Assembly: GCA_016927115.1 (NCBI GenBank)
Contig: JAFGNH010000025.1
Coordinates: 1,202-65,201, forward strand
DNA: 64,000 bases
Direction: 5' to 3'
Source: Anaerolineales bacterium
GTDB taxonomy: Bacteria > Chloroflexota > Anaerolineae > Anaerolineales > E44-bin32
Below the pieces are notes generated by a model. The model searched no databases and was not told the DNA's origin. It saw only the letters and a program-made list of their open reading frames with translations. Every line of letters starts with the position of its first letter. Within the stretch, counting starts at the first letter, position 1. Shown here one piece after another: positions 33,636-44,108 of the stretch. The position numbers and the translations under genes are program-made.

Positions 33636-35234
33636 TCACTTCCAGTCACAGGCAGTAACCTGCCCACTGCCGGTGAGCTGGGATGCGTCCTCATCTGTCG
33701 TGTTGTATAACCAGAGATCCTGATTATGGATGAAGAGAATTGCTTCATCATAGGGTGATGGAATGGGTGGGTAGGGTTCGAGCCCGATTGTATTGTCCGG
33801 GGGAAAGAGGCTGCTGAAGTTGCTTCCGTCAGTATCCAGCCGAGCAAGGTTGTAACGAGTATTCATCAACTGGGCGGCGTTGACAGGCGTAAGCAAAATG
33901 AGCCAGGTGTCTGTAATCTCATGGTCCCGGATGGAGATGGTGGGGTAAGCAAAAATGCCCGTTTGCTCAAGTAGAACCTGCCCGGATCGCGACGTAGTGT
34001 CCAGTGCCAGCAGCGAGAAAGAGCCCGGATTCTGTGTGGTGTATGCCTGGTTTCCTTCGCTGTGGATATGCACATAGAGAATCTGGCTTTCAGGCCCCCA
34101 GGCTATATCAGGTGTCCACACATAATCATTCCCGACTTCAAAAGGCACAACCTCCAGCAGCGTTTCAAAAGAAGGGTTGCCAGGGTCGACGAGGCCGATG
34201 GCATCCGCCCGGGTAAATGCAAACCGGGAAGCATCCGGTGACCAGGAAAAGAATGTTCCCCACCATCCGTACTGCCCTCCCGGATTTTCCTCAAGTACAA
34301 TCTCGGTTTGCAGCAATCTGCCTCCCGGGCTTAGGGACAGGATTCTCAGATCATTGTTTGCCTGCCAGCCGGGAGAGGAGGAGCGCGGTTCCACGGTGCT
34401 GTATGCGATCTGATAATTGTCCCTGGTGGGTTTGGGAGACCAGGACGCAAAGTGGACAACGTTACTGATTTTCAGATCGATGGGCTCAAGATCGGAGTTA
34501 TCTGTTGATATGATCCATAACGAATTGATCTCCTCACCTTCCTGATGCTCATCAGCGCGGGAATAAAGCAGCCATTTACCGTCAGGAGATAACTCAAATA
34601 TTCTGCTGTCCAGGTCTCCAGTAAGAACCAGTGGTTGTTTCGTGTGAGAAGTGCCGTGCATCATCCACGCATTACCTGCATCGATATAAACAATCATCCC
34701 TTCCAGCTGCACCGGTAAATAAGAAGGCTGCACACCAACCATCAAAATTTCTGTCCGGGGAGGGGTTAATGTGACGCGGTTGGCGATTGTCTGGGAGGTT
34801 TCAACACCGTCAATGAACAGGATTCGAATGGTGATTTCTTCCAGGCCATTTTCTCCAGGTTGGAGCATAATTTTATCGCCGGCAGGCAGGCTTTCACTGT
34901 GAATATTCTGGCGTGTGAATGGAAGGATCGCAGTTTCAATTTCGAATTCTTCTCTGACACGGGAAAGGGTGATCGTTGTATCCACATTCAGAACGCTGAA
35001 CAACGGCGGGTCGACCTGGTCCAGTGCTCCGGTGGAAAATTCGGCTTTCTCCAGCGCCTCGCGGACGGTGGTTCCACGCGGAAGAGAGAGTGTTATCGTT
35101 TGATTGTCTGCCTGAATGGAAACAGAAATCTGTTGGGAGTCGGTTGATGAGCATGATCCGGAAAACAGCAGGATCATGCCAAGTATAAGCAGAACCAGAT
35201 TGTTACCTGTCAGGTGCTTCATTGCTGCTCGCAT
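33636..35234 (-). CDS. Putative lipoprotein with DUF348/G5 domains and a TolB-like beta-propeller
   Basis: Lipobox-like FSGSC; ADN..TVREAL (DUF348-like); PF...LP.G...LQPG.NG (G5); SPDG/WSPD propeller repeats. Confidence 0.75.
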   Translation of the reverse strand: MRAAMKHLTGNNLVLLILGMILLFSGSCSSTDSQQISVSIQADNQTITLSLPRGTTVREALEKAEFSTGALDQVDPPLFSVLNVDTTITLSRVREEFEIETAILPFTRQNIHSESLPAGDKIMLQPGENGLEEITIRILFIDGVETSQTIANRVTLTPPRTEILMVGVQPSYLPVQLEGMIVYIDAGNAWMMHGTSHTKQPLVLTGDLDSRIFELSPDGKWLLYSRADEHQEGEEINSLWIISTDNSDLEPIDLKISNVVHFASWSPKPTRDNYQIAYSTVEPRSSSPGWQANNDLRILSLSPGGRLLQTEIVLEENPGGQYGWWGTFFSWSPDASRFAFTRADAIGLVDPGNPSFETLLEVVPFEVGNDYVWTPDIAWGPESQILYVHIHSEGNQAYTTQNPGSFSLLALDTTSRSGQVLLEQTGIFAYPTISIRDHEITDTWLILLTPVNAAQLMNTRYNLARLDTDGSNFSSLFPPDNTIGLEPYPPIPSPYDEAILFIHNQDLWLYNTTDEDASQLTGSGQVTACDWK

Positions 35235-35264
35235 ATCCCGCTGGTATAATCCTGAGGTGTGCCG

Positions 35265-35855
35265 TCAGCGAAGTTTCCCAACCAGTGCCAATTCTCCGCC
35301 GGCAATTGCAATCGATTGAATACGAATCCCGGTAGCGAATGATCCGATGCTTCCGGTGAATGCTTCAGTAAGGACACTTGAGATGCTGGAGCGCAGTGCC
35401 TCAGGCATCGGGAAGGGTCCAAGGTCAGCAGAGATGATTTCAAACGACAGATCTCCCGTTTCTGTTAAAACGGGCAGAATTGAGATCAAAACAGAAGTCT
35501 CCAGATAGAATTGGGTGGCTGTTCCGTAGATCTGCAGTGTACCATCTCTCAGGTAGACCTGTGGGGATGTGATGAGCGCTTTTTCCTGACTGGCAAGGCG
35601 CTGAGCGAGGAAACTGGTTAATTGTGCTTCGTTAAAAATGACCATTACTTCCCCGGATTCGTCGACACCCTGAATCGCTGATTCCCAGATCTGAGAGAAC
35701 GACTGAGCCATATCGTCGGATGCCTGAATGACCGATCCGGGCGCAGCTGGACCCCCGATGTTGATCTGACAGGCCAGCGAAGCAGTTGACAGTGCAAGTA
35801 TAAACAGCATCAGGGCAGACCGTGCTGAATGGAGCGAGTGATTTGACTGAGTCAA
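35265..35855 (-). CDS. Putative lipoprotein, hypothetical
   Basis: SLAC lipobox after a hydrophobic stretch; start TTG 35855 (AGGAG RBS) or ATG 35810. Confidence 0.7.
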   Translation of the reverse strand: MTQSNHSLHSARSALMLFILALSTASLACQINIGGPAAPGSVIQASDDMAQSFSQIWESAIQGVDESGEVMVIFNEAQLTSFLAQRLASQEKALITSPQVYLRDGTLQIYGTATQFYLETSVLISILPVLTETGDLSFEIISADLGPFPMPEALRSSISSVLTEAFTGSIGSFATGIRIQSIAIAGGELALVGKLR

Positions 35856-36520
35856 GGCAAAATTCTCCTGAAATTGAATCCGAACGCGATTATAGCACGA
35901 ACGAACAGAACAAACAGGATGAGCACCTGCAGGATGAGGTTCAAAAACAGGAACTGAGCATCGAATCTCGCCTGGAGGCGCTTTTATTTGTCTCTCCGTT
36001 TCCAACCCCGCTTTCACAGTTTGCTACCGTACTGGAAGTCACCACCCGAACGGTTGAAAAAGCAGTTGAGATATTAATTGAAACCTATCGGGAAAGAGGG
36101 ATCAGACTACAGCTGCATGCGGGAAAGGCACAGCTTGTATCAGCACCTGAGGCGTCTCAGGATGTACAGACTTTTCTAAATCTGGAGAGTACAACGCGAC
36201 TGACAAAAGCTGCGCTGGAGGTATTGAGTATCGTTGCTTACCTGGGCCCGGTTACACGACCACAGATTGATGCAATCCGCGGGGTGAATTCAGACAGTGT
36301 GTTGCGAACAATTCTGCGTTACGGGCTGATTGAAGAAACCGGTCGCAGTGAAGGCCCTGGTCGACCATTTCTCTATGCTGTAACCTCTGAGTTCCTGCAG
36401 AGTTTTGGTCTTGAATCGCTGGATTCGCTGCCGAAACTCGGTGTCACGCTTGATGTAGAGCAGCGGGGGGCTCTTGTGGAGACAGATTCTGAAGAGAACG
36501 ACATTTCCATGGTGGAGTAA
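35843..36520 (+). CDS. scpB: SMC-Scp complex subunit ScpB (start uncertain)
   Basis: LEALLF, L...ALEVL.I.AY..PVTR..I..IRGVNSD, GRP.LY..T..FL..FGL..L..LP; directly upstream of rluB. Confidence 0.93.
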   Translation: MTESRQNSPEIESERDYSTNEQNKQDEHLQDEVQKQELSIESRLEALLFVSPFPTPLSQFATVLEVTTRTVEKAVEILIETYRERGIRLQLHAGKAQLVSAPEASQDVQTFLNLESTTRLTKAALEVLSIVAYLGPVTRPQIDAIRGVNSDSVLRTILRYGLIEETGRSEGPGRPFLYAVTSEFLQSFGLESLDSLPKLGVTLDVEQRGALVETDSEENDISMVE

Positions 36521-36713
36521 TACCCCAGGAAAGCGGGATTTAAAACCGGAAAAATCGGATTTACAGGCAGGGTCAGTTGTGCGATCTGCCGGGATGGGAA
36601 AGGTATGTGTGTTCTCCCGAATTATCATTCGGAACACAGAAAACGCCTTCGCTATCAGCGTGTGCGGCAAATACAGAAGTATGAACCGGGTATAATGACA
36701 TCCGGGAGGACAG

Positions 36714-37499
36714 ATGGAAGAGAGACTTCAGAAGATTCTGGCACAGGCCGGGATTGGTTCCAGGCGGTCCTGTGAAAAGTTGATCCAGCAGAGATTGGTC
36801 ACGGTGAATGGGAAAACTGCCGTGCTTGGACAGAAAGCTGACCTCGGTATTGATACTATTGCAGTCAAGGGACAGCGTATCAACGGCGAGGAAGAGAAAG
36901 TCTATATCGCTCTCTATAAACCAAGAGGAGTCCTTTCCACAGTAAAAACACCGGAAGATGTAAAGACAGTACTGGACATGGTGGACCACCCGGCACGGCT
37001 GTATCCGGTCGGGCGATTGGATCGGGACAGTGAAGGGCTGATATTATTAACGAATGATGGTGACCTGGCATACCAGCTCTCTCATCCGAGGTTCGGCCAT
37101 GAGAAGACCTATCGGGTGCTGGTAGCCCGCCAGCCGGAACCAGAAATGCTGGAAGCGTGGCGTTCGGGGGTTGAAATGCCGGATGGGTATAAAACAAAGC
37201 CGGTCCAGGTTGATATTGCTGGTACAAAAGGCCGTGGTGTCTGGTTAAATATCAGGATGAAAGAAGGGCGGAAGCGCCAGATACGTGAAATGGCGCGCTC
37301 GATAGGGCTGCCTGTAGTGAGTATCAAGCGAGTACAGATAGGTCCCCTCAAATTGGGGGGATTAAAACCAGGGGAGTGGCGTGTATTGACACAGCAGGAG
37401 AAACAGGCACTGCTGACTTCGGTCAGAGGAACGGGGGTGAAATCAAAAGCTGCGACAACCTCAACCCGCAAGAGAGACCATCGCCGGAAGGATACGTAA
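36714..37499 (+). CDS. rluB: RsuA/RluB-family rRNA pseudouridine synthase
   Basis: S4 domain ERLQK.LA.AG..SRR, catalytic GRLD.DSEGL, EGRKRQIR. Confidence 0.9.
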   Translation: MEERLQKILAQAGIGSRRSCEKLIQQRLVTVNGKTAVLGQKADLGIDTIAVKGQRINGEEEKVYIALYKPRGVLSTVKTPEDVKTVLDMVDHPARLYPVGRLDRDSEGLILLTNDGDLAYQLSHPRFGHEKTYRVLVARQPEPEMLEAWRSGVEMPDGYKTKPVQVDIAGTKGRGVWLNIRMKEGRKRQIREMARSIGLPVVSIKRVQIGPLKLGGLKPGEWRVLTQQEKQALLTSVRGTGVKSKAATTSTRKRDHRRKDT

Positions 37500-38063
37500 G
37501 GCAGACCACCCCCAGGATGAATGAAGTTGCCAGAGGCTGGAATGCTTTCCCTGTATGAGGAGATCCTGGAGAAGGAGACCCATGGTTCAAGAGAGGTTTT
37601 CGAGAATGGTTGTGTTTGAGGAATTCATCTGAACAGGTTTATATTCTGTCTAAGCCGGTTTATAATGGGGTTCGCTATCAATCTAATTGGAGCCTGGATC
37701 TGAATACGGATCAGATTGTACAGAAGCGCAAGCGCAGACTTGTGACAGGATTGTGCCGCCGTTTTCTACAAACGGATATTAACTGCCACATCACACATTC
37801 TCAAGCTGTATATAAAGAATCATACATTCGATATGGGAGCAGTGGGGCGTGCTCTGAACCATTACTGATTCATATTCGGATTGAAGTTCCAAACTCCAGA
37901 GACCCTGACGAAAAAGTATTTCTTCTTTCCAATCCCAAGCGGAACAATAATCTTAACCGGCAGCATAGTCAAATGCCAGCAGAGTATATGTTCAGATCTG
38001 ACAACGGCTTTTCCAGATTTATGGAAGGTGCGAACAGCTGCGCTAAACGAAAAAGGAGCGAGC

Positions 38064-39206
38064 ATGAAAATACATGAATACCAGTCGAAAATAATTTTTG
38101 CCGAACATGGTATACCGATTCCTGCAGGGCGGGTTGCTGCATCAGCAAAAGAAGTGAAATCCATTGCGGCAGAGTTGGGTGGCCGGGTGGTTGTAAAATC
38201 TCAGGTACTGGTAGGGGGCAGGGGTAAGGCAGGGGGCATTCGTGTTGCGGAAACACCCGAAGAAGCTGAAGGTATTGCTACGAAAATCCTCGGTATGACT
38301 ATCAAGGGGCTGCCGGTCCGCAAGGTCCTCGTTGATGAAGCCGCAAGCATAAAAAGCGAAATCTATCTGGGTATCACAAATGATCGCACAAACCGCTGTC
38401 CAGTAATGATAGCTTCTGCTGAGGGTGGAGTTGAAATTGAGGAAGTGGCTCGAAAGGACCCTGGAAAGATCATCCGTGTTCGTATAGATCCGCTGCTGGG
38501 GTTAAGGGATTACCAGTCACGCTACCTTGCGCAGATGATTGAACTGCCCAGGTCCTTCTGGCGGGAGTTTCTAAAGATCACGAGGGGGTTGTACGCCAGC
38601 TATGTGGACACCGATGCTTCTCTCGCAGAGATAAATCCGCTGGTTATCACAGACGATAAGCGACTGCTGGCACTGGATGGGAAGATGGTCGTGGATGATA
38701 ATGGTTTGTTTATCCACCCTGAACTTGAAGAAATGCGAGACGATGATGAAATTAAAAAAGAAGAGCGCCAGGCCCGTATGTATGGCCTATCTTATGTCAA
38801 ACTAGAAGGCAATATTGGCTGTATGGTTAATGGTGCGGGACTCGCGATGGCGACAATGGATGTGATCAAACTGTTCGGAGGTGAGCCGGCAAACTTTTTG
38901 GATATCGGAGGTGGAGCGAGCGCAGAGAAAGTTGCATCTGCGATTCGAATAATCCTGTCTGATTCCAACGTAAAGGCAATACTTTTCAATGTCTTCGGTG
39001 GCATTACCCGCTGTGATGAGGTTGCCCGGGGTATATTGTCAGCAATGGAAACCATCGATACTAGTGTACCCATGGTTGTCCGCCTGATCGGAACGAATGA
39101 AGCAGAAGGGAGGAGACTGCTTCAAGGTCAAAGTATGACCGTGGCCACCTCGCTGGTAGATGCCGCCCAGAAAGCCGTCAGCCTTGCGAAGGAGGGCGTA
39201 CAATGA
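38064..39206 (+). CDS. sucC: Succinyl-CoA ligase beta subunit
   Basis: [50 protein letters not shown]. Confidence 0.97.
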   Translation: MKIHEYQSKIIFAEHGIPIPAGRVAASAKEVKSIAAELGGRVVVKSQVLVGGRGKAGGIRVAETPEEAEGIATKILGMTIKGLPVRKVLVDEAASIKSEIYLGITNDRTNRCPVMIASAEGGVEIEEVARKDPGKIIRVRIDPLLGLRDYQSRYLAQMIELPRSFWREFLKITRGLYASYVDTDASLAEINPLVITDDKRLLALDGKMVVDDNGLFIHPELEEMRDDDEIKKEERQARMYGLSYVKLEGNIGCMVNGAGLAMATMDVIKLFGGEPANFLDIGGGASAEKVASAIRIILSDSNVKAILFNVFGGITRCDEVARGILSAMETIDTSVPMVVRLIGTNEAEGRRLLQGQSMTVATSLVDAAQKAVSLAKEGVQ

Positions 39207-40066
39207 GCATTCTGATCAATAAGGATACCCGTGTTCTTGTCCATGGGATAACCGGACGCGAGGGAATGTTTCATTCGTCTCAGATGCTGGAGTATGGGAC
39301 CAATGTAGTCGCCGGTGTGACACCTGGCAAAGGTGGAGAGTGGGTACTGGGAGGAAAGGTTCCGGTTTTTGACACTGCGAAGCGCGCAGTTGAAACAACC
39401 GGGGCCAACTGTTCTGTATTATTCGTTCCGGCACGGTTTTCTGAAGACGCTATGCTCGAGGCGGCGGATGCTGGTGTGGATCTGATCATCTGTATCACCG
39501 AAGGAATCCCTGTTCAGAGTATGATGCGGGTTACCCGGTATCTCAGCCAGATTGGAACGAGATTAGTAGGGCCAAATTGTCCTGGTTTGTTGTCACCGGG
39601 TGAAAGCAAAGTTGGTATCATACCCGGGCATATCACAAAACCAGGCCATGTTGGCGTGGTTTCCCGCTCAGGCACACTGACCTATGAAGTACTTTATGCA
39701 CTCCTGCAACATGGCATGGGGGTTTCCACCTGTGTCGGGATTGGCGGAGATCCTGTTATCGGGACTTCTTTCACAGATGTTCTCGCGCTTTTTGAAGATG
39801 ACCCACAGACAGAAAGTGTTGTCCTTATCGGTGAAATCGGTGGAATAGATGAGGAACTGGCAGCAGAGTATGTCTCGGATCATATGACAAAGAAAGTTGT
39901 GGGATTTATCGCCGGACGTTCTGCTCCTCCCGGAAAAAGAATGGGACATGCTGGAGCGATCGTTGAAGGTGGGACAGGCCTGGCGAAGGATAAAGTTGAA
40001 GCATTGGAGCGGGCTGGGGTTGCGGTTGCCGCGAATCCAGAGGAAATTCCAGATTTGATTGATTAA
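39203..40066 (+). CDS. sucD: Succinyl-CoA ligase alpha subunit
   Basis: [33 protein letters not shown] phospho-His motif. Confidence 0.97.
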   Translation: MSILINKDTRVLVHGITGREGMFHSSQMLEYGTNVVAGVTPGKGGEWVLGGKVPVFDTAKRAVETTGANCSVLFVPARFSEDAMLEAADAGVDLIICITEGIPVQSMMRVTRYLSQIGTRLVGPNCPGLLSPGESKVGIIPGHITKPGHVGVVSRSGTLTYEVLYALLQHGMGVSTCVGIGGDPVIGTSFTDVLALFEDDPQTESVVLIGEIGGIDEELAAEYVSDHMTKKVVGFIAGRSAPPGKRMGHAGAIVEGGTGLAKDKVEALERAGVAVAANPEEIPDLID

Positions 40067-40079
40067 GAGGACGGATCAG

Positions 40080-40117
40080 CACTCCTGAAGGTTGTACCTC
40101 GGGCACCTTCAGGAGTG
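40080..40117. other. 13-bp inverted repeat between sucD and rsmD (RNA hairpin, no U-tract)
   Basis: CACTCCTGAAGGT...ACCTTCAGGAGTG. Confidence 0.6.
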
Positions 40118-40133
40118 TATCCAGGAGGTTAGT

Positions 40134-40697
40134 TTGGCAGGGTTAAGAGTAATAGCCGGGAAGGCAAAGGGCAGGAAGCTTCTCATGGTACCGGGTGATT
40201 CAACCAGGCCGGTCAGTGACAGGGTTAAAGAGGCGTTCTTCAATATTATCGGCCCGGATATTCAGGATGCTGTGTTTCTGGATCTGTTCGCAGGAACCGG
40301 CAGTGTAGGCATTGAAGCACTGAGCCGCGGTGCCGCGGAGGTTGTGCTGGTTGATCGTGATAGGCAGGCAATCAGGACAATCGAACAGAATTTAATAAAC
40401 ACAAATCTTAAAGAAAATGCTGTTGTTCTGAATCGGGATGCTTTTAAATCCCTGGGGCAGTTTAAGGATAAGCGCTTTGATTATGTATACATTGCGCCTC
40501 CGCAGTATATAGGGCTTTGGAAACAAGCACTGCTGGCTCTGGATCAGAAGCCGGATTGCCTGTATCCGGATGCTATGGTGATTATTCAGATACATCCCCG
40601 AGAATTTGAGGAGCTGGAGCTTCAAGCCCTGAACAAAATTGATAAACGGAAGTATGGCAATACGCTTCTCGTCTTTTATGAGTATCCCGGAACCTAA
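40134..40697 (+). CDS. rsmD: 16S rRNA m2G966 methyltransferase
   Basis: LRVIAG..KGR.L, TRP..DRVKEA.FN, LDLFAGTG.VGIEALSRGA, APPQY variant of DPPY. Confidence 0.9.
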   Translation: MAGLRVIAGKAKGRKLLMVPGDSTRPVSDRVKEAFFNIIGPDIQDAVFLDLFAGTGSVGIEALSRGAAEVVLVDRDRQAIRTIEQNLINTNLKENAVVLNRDAFKSLGQFKDKRFDYVYIAPPQYIGLWKQALLALDQKPDCLYPDAMVIIQIHPREFEELELQALNKIDKRKYGNTLLVFYEYPGT

Positions 40698-41233
40698 CTG
40701 CTTTTTTCCACCAGATCCGGGGTGTCCATCTGAATATCCAGCTTCCCCTCGTCGGTGTATTGGTACAGGGCTGCAAAGGGCGGGCTCTTTCCCGCGAGCA
40801 CAGCAATGGATTTTTCTATCAGCATGGGGGTGTCTTCCATCAGGGGCAGGCTTTTGAGATCCTCTATGGAAATCCAACTTGCTTCTCCTTCAGGGGAGAC
40901 AAGTAGTGCTTCTGATGCGATCATACGTAGTCCTCCAGCAAATATATAAAGTGCTATACCGGGGCTGCTTGCGGTGTTTATCATTACTGTACCGCAGAGC
41001 TGCAGTGAATCGGGTACAAGACCAGTTTCCTCCTCAATCTCACGTAGAGCTGAGCGGAAGATGGATTCCCCCTGATCAACATGGCCTCCTATGCCGTTGT
41101 ACTTCCCAGCCCAGGTCCCTTTTAATCCGCTGTATCTGATGAGGAGCACCTTGTTCTCACTGAACAGAAAACACAAGGTGCGGGGAATGACAGTATATTT
41201 TCTTGTTTCGATACGCTGCTTCTTCTCATTCAT
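40694..41233 (-). CDS. NUDIX hydrolase
   Basis: Nudix box GG.VD.GES....A.REI.EETGL. Confidence 0.92.
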   Translation of the reverse strand: MNEKKQRIETRKYTVIPRTLCFLFSENKVLLIRYSGLKGTWAGKYNGIGGHVDQGESIFRSALREIEEETGLVPDSLQLCGTVMINTASSPGIALYIFAGGLRMIASEALLVSPEGEASWISIEDLKSLPLMEDTPMLIEKSIAVLAGKSPPFAALYQYTDEGKLDIQMDTPDLVEKSS

Positions 41234-41622
41234 CAGTTACCTCTATGGATCGATCTTTATTGGTTGTTAATGATATCTTACCTGATCGTATCTGCATGCC
41301 AACTCTTTTCGAATTCTTTTTAAGGGTACCGCGAGAATCCCCGCAGACAGAATTGGATGGACTGTGCTGTATAGTATATGGGAAAGCACTACACACTGGC
41401 AGGTGAAGTACGCTTTTTGATATCCTTCAGCTGCCTGTCTCACAAGGAGGTATCTGACAGTTGTAATTTCCAGTTATTAACTTTTCATATATGCAAAAAG
41501 GCAGCAATCGAGCTTCTGAGGCTTCCTGGCAGGCCTGAATACAATCCTGGAAACCGTAGCAAATTTCCCCTTCAGACCTCGAAGACCAGAGTCGGGATGT
41601 CAGGAACTGGTCAGGATTTTGT

Positions 41623-41651
41623 TTGCCCTTCAGTTTGGGTATGGCTATAAT
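41623..41651 (+). promoter_or_regulatory. Sigma-70-type promoter for the helical protein / SPFH operon
   Basis: TTGCCC-N17-TATAAT about 48 nt upstream of ATG 41700. Confidence 0.6.
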
Positions 41652-41699
41652 CAAATCAGTGAATCAGGAGATAATAAACGAGTAGATGAGGAGAAAAAG

Positions 41700-42215
41700 A
41701 TGACTGACCCGCTTGGAAAAATATCTGAAGGACAAGGAGTAGTAGCCAAGATCCGCAACTTCCTTTCCGGCTTTATTGGGTATGTTGAAGCAGGAAATCG
41801 ACGTACAGCCGATAAAATGCTGCGCGAAACGATATCGATGCGTTTTGAGGAGCAGTGGTCGCGGATGTCAGAACTCCAGCGAGAATTTATCAGCAGTGGT
41901 AATCTCGAATTGGTGGATGATCTGGAAGCTGCTGCCATAAAAATCAGGACCTTTGCAGACCGGATTAAGACAGCATCCTACGGCTATAGCGGCTTTTTTG
42001 ATGCTGTCAACATAAATAAGGATGAGATTCAGAAATTGTACGAGTTTGACCTGTCGATGTTGGAGAAAAGTGAACAGGTCGGCCGGGCAGTGGATAATGT
42101 CGAGCAATCTATTGGAACTGATGGTTTGCCTGCATCCATTCGCAACCTGGTCAGCTTAAGCCAGGAAGTGATTGATATCTACAATCGTCGTGAGGAAGTG
42201 ATCCTGTCGATCTGA
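41700..42215 (+). CDS. Alpha-helical hypothetical protein
   Basis: GAGGAG RBS; contains GF.GY....RR.ADK.LR and GYSGFFDAV.I....L..LYEFD segments; co-transcribed with the SPFH gene. Confidence 0.8.
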   Translation: MTDPLGKISEGQGVVAKIRNFLSGFIGYVEAGNRRTADKMLRETISMRFEEQWSRMSELQREFISSGNLELVDDLEAAAIKIRTFADRIKTASYGYSGFFDAVNINKDEIQKLYEFDLSMLEKSEQVGRAVDNVEQSIGTDGLPASIRNLVSLSQEVIDIYNRREEVILSI

Positions 42216-42255
42216 GGAATCTCGGATCGAATTGTTCAATGAGGAGTATAAAAAA

Positions 42256-43296
42256 ATGGCGAGAATCTTTGATGTAATTGAATATCCGAATGAGATGCGT
42301 GATGAAATAGTGCATCGTTTCCCGGAGACAGGTTCCGGCGATTTTCGAATTGGCAGCCAGGTGATTGTTCGGGAATCGCAGAATGCTGTTTTCTACCGCG
42401 ACGGTAAAGCTCTGGATAACTTTGGCCCCGGCCGGCACACGATTACTACAGCCAATGTGCCGGTTCTGATTGATTTTATCGGCAAAGCGTTCAACGACCG
42501 CACTCCTTTCACTGCTGAGGTTTATTATGTGTCGATGCGTGAATTTGCTGAGCAGAAATGGGGAACACCTCAGCCGATCATCGTTCGCAATCCTGGCATG
42601 GGGTTGGGAGTAGCGCTGCTCCAGGGGTTCGGAACCTACAGCTTTGAAGTATCGGATCCTCAGCAGTTTGTCACTCAGATCGTGGGAACCTCAGGCTCAT
42701 ATCGCACAGTCGAAATTGAGAACCGTCTCCGGTCGATGCTGATCTCCAAAATGGCTGATCTGCTTGGCGAAACAACGGCAGCAAAGAGTGTTCCAGAGTT
42801 GATTGCGCTGACTGAGGAGATGGGAAGCGGGGTCCGTGCCAAATCACAGGATGATTTCAAGGCAATCGGCCTGACGCTGAAGAGCTTCTATATTGAAAGC
42901 CTCAAACCCTCTGACAAATCAGCAGAGGAACTTCGTGCAATGGGTATGCTCGATATGGCAACCTATACCCAGCTGCAAGCGGCAGACGCGATGCGGGATG
43001 CGGCACAGAATCCGAGCGGTGGTGCAGGCCTTACCGCAGGCATCGGAGCAGGGATGGGGATCGGAAATGTTCTGAGCCAATCCCTTTCTCAGGGAATGAA
43101 TGCCCCGGGCGCTGCACCTGCGGCAGGCGCTCCAGCAGTTCCTGATGTTATGACACCAACAGAAGCTGCTTCTTATCTGAAGGTGGCGGAAGAAGACGTT
43201 GTTGCTGCGATCGAGGAAGGCCAGTTGAAGGCCAAGAAGATCGGAAAGGCGTATCGGATCAGTAAAGAAGCACTGGATGAATTTCTGAGCAGCTGA
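42256..43296 (+). CDS. Soluble SPFH (Band-7, YdjI-like) protein with C-terminal excisionase-like HTH
   Basis: GSQVIVRESQ.AVF..DG...D.FGPGRHT..T.N.P, KWGT..PI; C-terminal MT..EAA.YL.V....V...I..G.L.A.KIG..YRI. Confidence 0.88.
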   Translation: MARIFDVIEYPNEMRDEIVHRFPETGSGDFRIGSQVIVRESQNAVFYRDGKALDNFGPGRHTITTANVPVLIDFIGKAFNDRTPFTAEVYYVSMREFAEQKWGTPQPIIVRNPGMGLGVALLQGFGTYSFEVSDPQQFVTQIVGTSGSYRTVEIENRLRSMLISKMADLLGETTAAKSVPELIALTEEMGSGVRAKSQDDFKAIGLTLKSFYIESLKPSDKSAEELRAMGMLDMATYTQLQAADAMRDAAQNPSGGAGLTAGIGAGMGIGNVLSQSLSQGMNAPGAAPAAGAPAVPDVMTPTEAASYLKVAEEDVVAAIEEGQLKAKKIGKAYRISKEALDEFLSS

Positions 43297-43320
43297 TTTT
43301 CATCTCACTTCAAAAAGCGG

Positions 43321-43349
43321 AAAGCCGTCCTTCTCAGGGCGGCTTTTTT
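43321..43349. terminator. Intrinsic terminator between convergent genes
   Basis: AAAGCCGTCC/GGGCGGCTTT followed by a T-run. Confidence 0.8.
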
Positions 43350-43375
43350 GTTTAATCCGGAACTGTCAGGGTTTA

Positions 43376-44050
43376 TCAGGAGAACTGTTCGATAAGGCGG
43401 GAAGTATCTTCCTCTGAGAGTGGGGAGCCTTTCGGAAGTTTACGAAGCAGAGGTTTGATTTTCTTCTGGTGTACACAGAGCACAGGAGCGTTTTCCAGAT
43501 TTACTTCTGCATCGCGATGAAGGAAGACTACGATAGGTGTCAGGGTGACCACGGTTTCAGGCAGGACGGACTTGAACTTTTTCCGGGCGGCTCCAATATT
43601 ACGTTCGATCTGAGCTGCAAGGTCTCTGTTCTTTGTTTTCTTTGTTTTGTTGTTCTTTTTTGTTTTGAGGGAATACCATTTCCCATCTTCGTAGAGGACC
43701 TTTCCGTTGTCCAGTGCGGGGATAAGCGAATATACGCCTGTTGGTGAGACAAGAACATGATCAGCTCCCAGTTTGAATTGGAACAGATGGAAGTTCGAAT
43801 CCAATCCTTTAACCGACGCTGCGATCATTTCATCCACGCGTGGTTGTCTTGACCAGCGGTTGATCATACCGATCCCGATCTGAGAGCTGAATAACCCTAT
43901 CATTGCCAGAATGAAAATGGTGTTGATATACTCCGGTTTCGACATGGAAAGCAACAGCGCGATAACCATGACCGCCAGGCCTCCGAAAGAAAGTATCTTT
44001 CCGATTTTGGCTTTAAGCTTGATTCCCACTTTATCAATATAGACTTGCAT
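43376..44050 (-). CDS. Two-TM protein with NERD (nuclease-related) domain
   Basis: Two N-terminal TMs; L...F.LF......DH.LV.P.G.Y pattern of NERD domains. Confidence 0.65.
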   Translation of the reverse strand: MQVYIDKVGIKLKAKIGKILSFGGLAVMVIALLLSMSKPEYINTIFILAMIGLFSSQIGIGMINRWSRQPRVDEMIAASVKGLDSNFHLFQFKLGADHVLVSPTGVYSLIPALDNGKVLYEDGKWYSLKTKKNNKTKKTKNRDLAAQIERNIGAARKKFKSVLPETVVTLTPIVVFLHRDAEVNLENAPVLCVHQKKIKPLLRKLPKGSPLSEEDTSRLIEQFS

Positions 44051-44108
44051 ACCTACTCCTGTATCAAAAAAAATGTCCTGATAAGGAAACCCTGTTTCAG
44101 GAAGTCGA

